A DNA stretch of 33,703 nucleotides. It comes from Candidatus Fraserbacteria bacterium (GTDB lineage: Bacteria; Bipolaricaulota; Bipolaricaulia; RBG-16-55-9). The translations under genes were made by a program, and so were the position numbers. Location of the stretch: NCBI GenBank assembly GCA_037442925.1, contig JBBIPG010000018.1, positions 1 through 33,703 of the forward strand, in the 5' to 3' direction. The notes under the pieces are model-generated. The model worked only from the letters and a program-made list of their open reading frames with translations. It was not told the DNA's origin and made no database searches. Shown in pieces: positions 18,979 through 26,627 of this stretch (its first letter is position 1; each line of letters opens with the position of its first letter).

Positions 18979-19635
18979 CTAGCGTTGATTGCGCCCCTCG
19001 ATGATCGCAATCTCTTCCTCCCTCAACCCGTAAAGCTTATACACGATTTGATCGATGAGGGAGTCCGTCTTTCGTAGTTGTTCTTTAATTGTCAGCAGTT
19101 TGTCTAAGGCAGCTTGATAGTACTCGCTGAGCCGTTCGTGAAAATCCGGTGAAAGCTTCTCTCCTAAGCGCTTCTCATTCTTCTTCAAGAGCTGCCAGAA
19201 TTCATCGAACTCCAAGTGAGGCTCGCTCTTCTGGTAGTTGCCCAAGAAATTCTTGAGCTTTGTTTTGTTGGTCAGCACCTCTAAGCCTCGATTGCCTTCG
19301 CTATCGGGTTGGATTTGCAGTTCTGCTTCCAGCCACGCGAGAAATTTCCTAATTTCTGCTTGTTTTTGTTTGTTCAGCTCGATCATCTGGTCCGCAAGAA
19401 ACGCTAAAAAATCGTGGACGACATCTGAGCGTTCCAAGAGATTGCCTTGGGCATCGTAGCCGGAAGGATCGTCGTCTTTAAGTCCGTGGGCCTCAGCTTG
19501 TTCTCGTGTCAGATAGCCTTTGGCAATGGCCTTGTTTACCGGGATGGCACGACTAAAGACAATGAAATGGCCTCCTTCATCCTTGGGAAGCATGGCTTCA
19601 ACCTCTGCAAGAAGCGCGTTTAATGGCTTATTCAT
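18979..19635 (-). CDS. Detached C-terminal helical domain of a Type IIG (Eco57I-like) restriction-modification enzyme
   Basis: SDVVHDFLAFLADQMIELNKQKQAEI...TDSLIDQIVYKLYGLREEEIAIIEG matches the typical end of Type IIG RM proteins (IDxxVYxLYGLxxEEIxxxE). Confidence 0.82.
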   Translation of the reverse strand: MNKPLNALLAEVEAMLPKDEGGHFIVFSRAIPVNKAIAKGYLTREQAEAHGLKDDDPSGYDAQGNLLERSDVVHDFLAFLADQMIELNKQKQAEIRKFLAWLEAELQIQPDSEGNRGLEVLTNKTKLKNFLGNYQKSEPHLEFDEFWQLLKKNEKRLGEKLSPDFHERLSEYYQAALDKLLTIKEQLRKTDSLIDQIVYKLYGLREEEIAIIEGRNQR

Positions 19636-19640
19636 TTTCT

Positions 19641-20594
19641 TTATACTGCTTGAGAGGGAAGTTGTTGCTGTGTTGAAGCTTGAGGCACAACTTGAATGTT
19701 CATAGTGACAGATGAAGAGTCGCTCTCGAACAGCTTAGCTCCCATACCGCCTGGCGTGTCCTGTAAGGCCTGAACGCTCCGTAGATAAAGCTCCCAAACA
19801 AGATGCCACAACTCACTCTGATTGTCGATCAGTTCCGCATTGAGTTTGAGTTCTTCTTTGGCCTCTTTGAAATTGATCACCTTACCATGAGTCTTGTACT
19901 TTTCACCGGTAGCCAATTCTTTAGCCACTTTTTCTGCTTGCTGAGGGTCATGTTTGAGCATGCCTGCTTTCAGCCATTTCTCAGCAAACTCTCTTGAGTT
20001 ATCAATAGCATCCTCACAGAACTTTAGGATGTCGGGTCTGATTTGAGAAAGAATGGGCAGAAAGATTTGCACGGGCTCCTTGTACTTTAAGATCCGATCT
20101 CGAATAGAATCAAGCCCACCGATGTAAGCACGCGCTGGAATCAGTTGGACTTGTCCTGTGGGAAGAATGATAGGGATTTGGGGATCAATGGGGCCAAGCT
20201 CTGCTAAGTACCCCATGTAAATCTTGTCTACTCCAAGAGCGATCATGGCAGCGGCGCTTTTGGCATAATTGGGTACGATGACGTTAAATTCAACATTAAA
20301 GCGCTCTCGGCACATCATCAAGATCTTCTCGGCAGCGTTTGGGTCTCCTCCGGGGCTGTTGATCATCAAATCTCCCATGAGACCATCTGCTGTGGCCCTC
20401 AACAAATCTTCGAACAGCGGTATATCCTGCTGAATGATGCCAGCCATTGGATGGCTAATGCTGGCTGTGTAGACGATCAATTTTCGCCCTGTGAGTTCTT
20501 GGATCTTGCGGATTAGATTTTGTCTGATTTTGGTAGCACCGGCAGGTGAGCGCTCGTCAAGGATGCGGCTGAAGATGGGGTCTGCGGTATTCAA
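19641..20594 (-). CDS. SDH family Clp-fold serine proteinase (cargo inside RM locus)
   Basis: DLMINSPGGD, VPNYAKSAAAMIALG (Ser), ELGPIDPQ (Asp), YKTHGKVI (His). TTG start 1 nt after the upstream stop. Confidence 0.88.
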   Translation of the reverse strand: MNTADPIFSRILDERSPAGATKIRQNLIRKIQELTGRKLIVYTASISHPMAGIIQQDIPLFEDLLRATADGLMGDLMINSPGGDPNAAEKILMMCRERFNVEFNVIVPNYAKSAAAMIALGVDKIYMGYLAELGPIDPQIPIILPTGQVQLIPARAYIGGLDSIRDRILKYKEPVQIFLPILSQIRPDILKFCEDAIDNSREFAEKWLKAGMLKHDPQQAEKVAKELATGEKYKTHGKVINFKEAKEELKLNAELIDNQSELWHLVWELYLRSVQALQDTPGGMGAKLFESDSSSVTMNIQVVPQASTQQQLPSQAV

Positions 20595-20595
20595 T

Positions 20596-20811
20596 TCAAG
20601 TCTTATTGCTTACCAGATGCAGTCGGTAGTAAAACCCTTGATTAGAGGAAGGAAGGACTTTCAAAATCTCCTCGAGATCTTGAAGTTCTTTCAGCTCCTT
20701 GCTGTGTCGCGAGAGTATATCTGCAAGGAATCTTTCTCTTTCACTGGGCAGGCGACCTTGTTGTGCTGTTTGTAACTGCTCACTTTGTGCACGCTTACTA
20801 GGGTTAGCCAT
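20596..20811 (-). CDS. Small hypothetical protein (71 aa) coupled to the SDH protease
   Basis: GGGGGA RBS before the ATG at 20811. Predicted helical core (ERERFLADILSRHSKELKELQDLEEILK). Its stop abuts the protease start. Confidence 0.6.
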   Translation of the reverse strand: MANPSKRAQSEQLQTAQQGRLPSERERFLADILSRHSKELKELQDLEEILKVLPSSNQGFYYRLHLVSNKT

Positions 20812-20866
20812 GAGCTTGTGTCCCCCCATACGACACAACAAAGTGTAGCCCCTATTGAGCAAAATG

Positions 20867-23800
20867 TCAACTTTCGCCGAAAGCTTTCTGATAAAGCTCC
20901 TTGAGCTTCTCTAGCTGCTGCTTCCGCTCTGTTTCGGGTGTGGTGAAGAAGATGCGGCGGATGGGGAGAGATTCGACCTCATAGTTGTTGACGTTATTGT
21001 TGGTACTTGTTAAGCGGAAGCGCCATTCAAGCAGTGAACTATTCAACAAACTCACGAAGAATAAAGGTTTATATGCCTTGGTTCTTGACCGTAAGTAATT
21101 TACAGAGTTTCCCAGAAAAGTTTTTGGTTTGATCAGGGTGGCTTTTAATCTCCGTCTGTCGTCTGTGCCAGTTATTCCCTGCATTACGACGCGACTCATT
21201 AGTACATCCTGTGCTTTCGGAGTATCACCGTAGAGTTTATCAAATCTCTCTTCGTCCACCCATTCCTTCTCGCCTTGTCTTAGCTCTTCGGAAATGGTAT
21301 AGCGATAAACTTGTGTGCCTTTAAGCATGACTTGATCATTAGAGTTCTGAGTAATGCAGGGGCGACAGAGTGTTAAATCAATCTCGCCCACGCAACATTC
21401 AATTGTTTGCCCCAGGAACACGATCAAGGGATTGGAGTACAAGAATTGGCAAACTTTCCAATCTTCGATAGATAAAATTGGGATGGTAAAGGTGATTGGA
21501 TCAAAGCTTTGAATCATCTGCGAGTTAATTCTAAATTCTGGGGAGTCAGGCAATATCTCTTTGCCGGGATGCACATGCAGCCTGAATTCAACACTTGGGC
21601 TATCTCTTCTAAAAATGACGATGCAGGTAGAAAGTTTGGCATCAACAAATACTCTGTTGTGAGGGTCATCCTTTTGAGGGAAAGCCTCAAGCTGTTGGAT
21701 ACTACACCTCTTCAGCAGAAATTTGCGTAAAGCTGAAGAAGAAAGATCGCTTAAAACAGATAGAGGGATTATCTTGCCAATAAATCCATTCCCCCTAACG
21801 AGCTGAAAAGCTAAAAGCACGAATAAGCGATACATATTAAATGTTCGCCCCAACGCTTCTTTGAAGATTCTGTTACTGCGCAGATAAGATATCTGCTCAG
21901 ATAAGACTTGGTCGGTTTCAGATCTTTTGAGAATGTCATAAGGCGGATTCCCCACCACCACATCAAACCCTGGATTCTCGCGTCGCCTACCTTCCGCGTA
22001 CCAGATTTCGGGAAATTCCAGCTCCCAGTGGAAGAAGTGCTGTTCCTGAGCGACCTTGAGCGCTTTATCTGCTTGTGCCTTGACTTCATCTCTGAACTTC
22101 TCAGGAATCCGCTCTGCACCATCGACCACGAAAGTTTCCACACGCTCTCTCCACTCGTTTGAGAAATCTAGAAAATGCTGCGCAGCCAGTGCGACATCGA
22201 AGCGCTGCTTAAAGGGCTTTAACCAGCTCTCCGCTTGCTTGTGTAAGCGATGACTCTCTTCAACTTCTTTGAATGTCGCGTCCGTGAGCTGGTTGACTAT
22301 GAGATAATTGCCGACTGCTCTTAGAAAGTCTCGATAACGAGGTGAAGCCTCAAGCAGATGCTCTTTGATGTCTAGTGCACCGATAAGCGAGTTACCACAT
22401 TTGAGATGATGATTCAAGAACGAAAGAGGTGCGCCAACGGTAAAGCTGTTCAGCCACAAAGAGACTTTCGCCAGCTCAACAGCCATTTCGTTGAGATCGA
22501 CACCATAAATGCACCTCTTCATCACCATGCGCTTGACGATGTGCTTGTCCTCCAACTTGGTCTCGTCTAACTCTACACCCTGTTCGGTAGCGCTCTCTCG
22601 AATCTGCTGGCGAATAGTTTCAATCTGCTGATACAACGGACTCTCATAACGCTCTTCGCCGAAGTATGTTTGGCCGTGATGTTGCTCCAAGAGCTCGATG
22701 ATGCGATCGGCCAAGAAATCAACGGCCCCCACAAGGAAGTGGCCGCTGCCCATGGCTGGATCAAGCACCTTGAGCTCGAGGGCTTTCATTGCAGGATCAT
22801 GCTTTTCCGCCAGCTCGACCGTCTTCCAGCGGGCACTCACATCTTTGCGGGCTTTCAGTTCTTTGATTTTCTTCTGAAACTCCTCTTCGATCTGTTTGAT
22901 GAGCGGTCCTAGGGTGTTCTCCACGATGTATTGCACAATATAATCAGGTGTGTAGTAGCTTCCCGTAGTTTTGCGCTCGGACTCGTCGTTGGTGATGATA
23001 AGATCGCCCTTCTTGTATTCCGCTAAAACGCGCTTGCCTATGGCTTTAGCTTTCGAAAGGTAGCGTTCTTGGCCTTTTTCTTTGACAACAACGAGATCTT
23101 CTTCAGCGATGCGCAGCTTAAACTCTAAGAGCCCTTCATAGATGCTGCCCAGCTGACGCACTCCCAGGTCACGATAGTTAATGTGCCTTGGATTCTGATG
23201 GTCCTTGTAATCACGACTCAGCAAGTCGAGTGCTTGGGCTAGCCAATGGTCTGAAATTGCATATTGCTCCAAGAATGGATGAGCGCGAGGATCGAAGAGT
23301 CCCCCATTGTAGACCGGAACGTTGAGGGAAGGATCACCTTCGTTGATGATGCGGAAAAGAGCTTTCAGACAATCCCAGAACTGAGTTGCGCGCTGGCTGA
23401 GCGTATCGCGTTCTTCTACTCGCCGTTTAATCTCACCGCACAGCTCGCGCATAGAATAGTTATCATAACGCGGATCGCGCAGGGGCAGTAGATCACGATC
23501 TTCAGCATATAGAATGAACAACAGCCGATAGAGCAGCGTGAGCACATTCTTGTAGACTTCATCAAGGAAGGCTTGATCAATAGAGATGCCCTTACGCTCA
23601 GCATTTTCCACAAAGCCCTGGGCTAGATAGATGAAGACGTCCTCAAAGATCTTCTGCTTAAGGTCTTCTGTAACGCGCTCTTCGTAATTCTTGCCTTCTT
23701 CTAGCGCGAACTCCAGAAATGTCTTGTATGGTCTCTCAGCTGTGGGCACGAAGGCATCTCGGCTGAAGAAGAGATAAAACAGCTTAAAGGCTTCAAGTCG

Positions 23801-24448
23801 TTCCTGGTCAGAGAGCGGGAAGAGGCCATCGGGGTTCAAGATAGGGTCGAGGTCGAATTCAAGGTAGCCTTCCGTGCGAGATTTGGCTTTGTGATAGTAG
23901 AGCCGCCATAGGCATCCGTTCGTCAGGATGCCCCACAGGATTTTGCCATCGGAGGCCAGCTCTGTGCTGGAGAGATAGCGTAGGATCTGGCTCGATGGGG
24001 TGCCGGGATCGAATGCATCTTCCAGCCCTCCGCGCCGATCCAAAGGACGCTCGAAGCGCTTGGCTTCCAGGATGGCTATGCCAAGCTGAAACTGTCGTGA
24101 CTTGTCTTCCAGTGCTCGCTGTTTGGCTGAGTTGCTGTCGAAAAGCAGGTAATCGGGTTTATCTGTTCTTTGGCCGGGCTTCTTTTGGCGTAGGTAGGTG
24201 AAGCCTAGCTCGTTAAGTATGGGCTGGATTAGCTCATCTTCTGTGTCGGCTTCATCGGGTCTTTGAGCCCTTCGAAATTTCTCGTACCTGGACTGAATCT
24301 TCTTGTGCAATTGGGCAAGTTTAACTTCGTCCAGCGCGCGGTAGTCCGACGCTTGGCGCACTCCTTCCGCAAGGAAGTAGTGAGTGAAGAGACTCCCTTG
24401 CGTGATAAACTCCAAGAACTTATAGTTGCTAGCTTGGGAATCATTCAT
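20867..24448 (-). CDS. Type IIG restriction-modification enzyme (PD-(D/E)xK nuclease + N6-adenine MTase + TRD), lacking its C-terminal helical tail
   Basis: KPDYLLF...LEAKR nuclease motif, WGILTNG, YNGGLF, LGSIYEGLL, GSYYTP, motif I LDPAMGSGHFL, IYGVDLN, motif IV VVGNPPY, then the TRD. Ends ...LPIRRIFFTTPETERKQQLEKLKELYQKAFGES. Confidence 0.93.
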   Translation of the reverse strand: MNDSQASNYKFLEFITQGSLFTHYFLAEGVRQASDYRALDEVKLAQLHKKIQSRYEKFRRAQRPDEADTEDELIQPILNELGFTYLRQKKPGQRTDKPDYLLFDSNSAKQRALEDKSRQFQLGIAILEAKRFERPLDRRGGLEDAFDPGTPSSQILRYLSSTELASDGKILWGILTNGCLWRLYYHKAKSRTEGYLEFDLDPILNPDGLFPLSDQERLEAFKLFYLFFSRDAFVPTAERPYKTFLEFALEEGKNYEERVTEDLKQKIFEDVFIYLAQGFVENAERKGISIDQAFLDEVYKNVLTLLYRLLFILYAEDRDLLPLRDPRYDNYSMRELCGEIKRRVEERDTLSQRATQFWDCLKALFRIINEGDPSLNVPVYNGGLFDPRAHPFLEQYAISDHWLAQALDLLSRDYKDHQNPRHINYRDLGVRQLGSIYEGLLEFKLRIAEEDLVVVKEKGQERYLSKAKAIGKRVLAEYKKGDLIITNDESERKTTGSYYTPDYIVQYIVENTLGPLIKQIEEEFQKKIKELKARKDVSARWKTVELAEKHDPAMKALELKVLDPAMGSGHFLVGAVDFLADRIIELLEQHHGQTYFGEERYESPLYQQIETIRQQIRESATEQGVELDETKLEDKHIVKRMVMKRCIYGVDLNEMAVELAKVSLWLNSFTVGAPLSFLNHHLKCGNSLIGALDIKEHLLEASPRYRDFLRAVGNYLIVNQLTDATFKEVEESHRLHKQAESWLKPFKQRFDVALAAQHFLDFSNEWRERVETFVVDGAERIPEKFRDEVKAQADKALKVAQEQHFFHWELEFPEIWYAEGRRRENPGFDVVVGNPPYDILKRSETDQVLSEQISYLRSNRIFKEALGRTFNMYRLFVLLAFQLVRGNGFIGKIIPLSVLSDLSSSALRKFLLKRCSIQQLEAFPQKDDPHNRVFVDAKLSTCIVIFRRDSPSVEFRLHVHPGKEILPDSPEFRINSQMIQSFDPITFTIPILSIEDWKVCQFLYSNPLIVFLGQTIECCVGEIDLTLCRPCITQNSNDQVMLKGTQVYRYTISEELRQGEKEWVDEERFDKLYGDTPKAQDVLMSRVVMQGITGTDDRRRLKATLIKPKTFLGNSVNYLRSRTKAYKPLFFVSLLNSSLLEWRFRLTSTNNNVNNYEVESLPIRRIFFTTPETERKQQLEKLKELYQKAFGES

Positions 24449-25457
24449 GGCTTAGAGAGGATACCGCCTGTTGAAACCTCTGCACAAACTCAACTTCCAT
24501 TTGGCGATTCTCGTAGCCTGTTGAATCTTTGCCGCGATACGAGTCGCGATACCAGCGCACGGTTTCTGCCAGCCAATCTGCGAATGGCGTGGTTCTAAAG
24601 TTGATTTCTCCTACAGCCTTGGATATATCGAGGATGAAGTTCATCATCTGCGCATACGGCTCCGGATACTCAAATCCACTGGCCTCCAAAATCTCTGCGG
24701 GGACGTGAACCAGATTGGGTCGGACGTCCAAGGCCTTTGCGACGGTTTTCAGTAGATCTATCAGGGTGATGACTTCGCTCTGAGCTAAGTTGTACGTCTG
24801 GTTCACAGCGTGCTTGCTCTCCAGTGCTTTGAGATATCCACGCGCGAGATCCCGTGAATAGACCAGACGAAACGATTGCACACCCCCGTTGGTCACGATG
24901 AGCGGTTTCCCATCCATCAAGCGTTGAAAGTAGAAATAGCCGCGCAGCGTGTGATCTTCGGGACCTAGCACCATCGGTGGGCGGATGATCGTGTAGGGCA
25001 GTTTGACTTGCTCATGGAGCGCTCGTTCAGTGCCCAGCTTGCCCATCGTGTAGCTCCAGAACGGTGAAGTCTCCTCTCCAGCAGGAGCCTTGAAGTTGAG
25101 GTCAACATCGTTTTCCACAAGAGGCATCGTCATCGTACCCGAGTAATAGACGGATGCTGAGCTGGTGAGCACGTATCGTCCCAGGTTGCCCTGGAATGCT
25201 TTGAGGGCAGTCTCCACGTGATCCGCCGTGAAGGCGATGTTATCTATCACAACATCAAATGTCTTGCCCTTGAGCTTCATATGGAGATCGTCTGGGTTCT
25301 TGCGGTCGCCCTGGACGTGTTCGACTTGATCCCAGAAGGGCGGACGTTGATTGCCTCGGCTGAAGACTGTGACATGATGACCCGCTTTGAGCAATTCCTC
25401 CACGATGGCTTTGCCGAAGAACGTTGTTCCGCCGATGACTAACACAGAACTTTCCAC
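24441..25457 (-). CDS. NAD-dependent epimerase/dehydratase family (atypical SDR) protein
   Basis: VLVIGGTTFFGKAIV Rossmann motif, YTMGK (YxxxK), TIIRPPMVLGP. GAGGAGG RBS before the GTG. Confidence 0.88.
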   Translation of the reverse strand: MESSVLVIGGTTFFGKAIVEELLKAGHHVTVFSRGNQRPPFWDQVEHVQGDRKNPDDLHMKLKGKTFDVVIDNIAFTADHVETALKAFQGNLGRYVLTSSASVYYSGTMTMPLVENDVDLNFKAPAGEETSPFWSYTMGKLGTERALHEQVKLPYTIIRPPMVLGPEDHTLRGYFYFQRLMDGKPLIVTNGGVQSFRLVYSRDLARGYLKALESKHAVNQTYNLAQSEVITLIDLLKTVAKALDVRPNLVHVPAEILEASGFEYPEPYAQMMNFILDISKAVGEINFRTTPFADWLAETVRWYRDSYRGKDSTGYENRQMEVEFVQRFQQAVSSLSHE

Positions 25458-25612
25458 AGAGACCTCCTCGGTAAGCAGTACGTCAAGGATAAACGATCTT
25501 CTGGTAGCTTGGCAAAAGAAGGACGAGAAAGCAGATATCTCGCGGGATGCTAAGGCAACTACAAGAGGGCAATAACGTGAAAGAATCAGCGATTACTCTG
25601 ATTCCGAACTGC

Positions 25613-25645
25613 AAAGAGAAGAAGGCGGTTCCCCGCTCTTCTCTC
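25613..25645 (-). terminator. Putative intrinsic terminator after the small membrane protein gene
   Basis: Minus strand GAGAAG(A)GCGG-GGAA-CCGCCTTCTT followed by CTCTTT, about 15 nt after the stop at 25660. Confidence 0.55.
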
Positions 25646-25659
25646 CCACAAATACTTCC

Positions 25660-25968
25660 TTACGGAGTGACACTTCCCATCCTGCCCAAGAAGGAAAACG
25701 CAATCGACATCAGCAGTAGCGCCTCTACCGTGAGCAGGGAAAAGCTCCGGAACTCGAGCTTCCCCGTCCTGTAGGTGCCGATCAGCGTCACGATGAGTCC
25801 GAACGATGCCAGCCCCAGCGCCATCACACTCACGAGATACTTCCCGATGATCCCCTCCTGAATGAGATAGAGGATCGTGGAAGCGGTCATCAAGGTTGCT
25901 CCCGCTCCGCCTGAGATGAGCCCGATCCAGATAAGGACAGGTGATTGGAGAAGCTTCCTTAGTTGCAT
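25660..25968 (-). CDS. Small three-TM membrane protein of unknown function
   Basis: Three hydrophobic segments and an AGGGAG RBS. It has its own promoter and terminator. Confidence 0.72.
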   Translation of the reverse strand: MQLRKLLQSPVLIWIGLISGGAGATLMTASTILYLIQEGIIGKYLVSVMALGLASFGLIVTLIGTYRTGKLEFRSFSLLTVEALLLMSIAFSFLGRMGSVTP

Positions 25969-26030
25969 AGGATTCTCCCTTTAGGTCTGTAGCTTTGCGT
26001 CCCCAGCTTTCGCTGAGTTTGCCCTTGTCG
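25966..26030 (-). ncRNA. c-di-GMP-I (GEMM) riboswitch-like element, 3'-truncated or variant
   Basis: Minus strand ACAAGGGCAAACUCAGC-GAAA-GCUGGGGACGCAAAGCUACAGACCUAAAGGGAGAAUCCUAUG carries the GEMM hallmarks: GCAAA, a GNRA-capped P2, GACGCAAAGC and a CCUAA...UAUG tetraloop receptor. The usual 3' P3/P1 strand is replaced by coding sequence. Confidence 0.75.
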
Positions 26031-26046
26031 GGTCTTTTTATTTAAT

Positions 26047-26075
26047 ATTTTACCACATGATTGTTGAAATGTCAA
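26047..26075 (-). promoter_or_regulatory. Near-consensus sigma70 promoter driving the riboswitch-like leader
   Basis: Minus strand TTGACA-17 nt-TAAAAT with extended -10 TG. The predicted start site is about 10 nt before the aptamer. Confidence 0.75.
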
Positions 26076-26180
26076 GGGAGGGGTAACACTCTTAGGAGGG
26101 CGGCTTCATAGGGTTTCTTGCCTTCGTGAGATGGCAGCGTTGATATGAAATGAAACGCATTCGACCGTGGGCCGTGCTGC

Positions 26181-26348
26181 TCAGCAGGTGCTCTCCCTGC
26201 GGCTATACGAGAGACTAGCAAGGAACTCTTCGGGCACAATGTTGACATACGTGGTCCGCCAGCTGTCGACATGCACTCTGGCAATTGCCGCTGCATCAGC
26301 TGGGTGAGCCTCTCTGATAACGATTGCGCCACAACTCTCTGTAACCAT
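26181..26348 (-). pseudogene. Truncated GNAT acetyltransferase (N-terminal 55 aa only)
   Basis: Manual translation MVTESCGAIVIREAHPADAAAIARVHVDSWRTTYVNIVPEEFLASLSYSRRESTC* is a typical GNAT N-terminus. No acetyl-CoA-binding motif follows. Not in the ORF track. Confidence 0.75.
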
Positions 26349-26381
26349 CACGAAGCGGGTATTTCCATTGGAGGGATGAGC

Positions 26382-26624
26382 TTAGAGGGCATACGACTCA
26401 TTTAGAACGCGTACTGCCTCGCGTGGCAAGTCAACAACGATAAAGTAATCCGCTGGATAGAGATAATCCTCGCCGCTCTCGTCAATGATGCGTAGATCGC
26501 CATCGCACTCTGCCTCCTTATCTGAGAGCACGCGATAGAGCTTATGAAGCTCTAGTGAGGCAGGATACTCTGAGTTATCCACACATATCGCAAAACGGCA
26601 AATAGATCGCTTCTTTGTCGCCAT
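26382..26624 (-). CDS. Conserved hypothetical protein, putative immunity/antitoxin (acidic)
   Basis: FAICVDNSEYPASLELHKLYRVL...LRIIDESGEDYLYPADYF. Starts 3 nt after the upstream partner's stop. Confidence 0.78.
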   Translation of the reverse strand: MATKKRSICRFAICVDNSEYPASLELHKLYRVLSDKEAECDGDLRIIDESGEDYLYPADYFIVVDLPREAVRVLNESYAL

Positions 26625-26627
26625 AAT

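Noticed and set aside
19636..20866. Insert in the RM gene as an intron, intein or IS
   Set aside because: No RT, homing endonuclease or transposase, no terminal inverted repeats seen, and each RM half has its own stop or start codon.
26072..26332. 86-aa minus-strand ORF in the ORF track
   Set aside because: It is an alternative frame over the GNAT remnant, runs into the promoter, and has no protein-like motifs.
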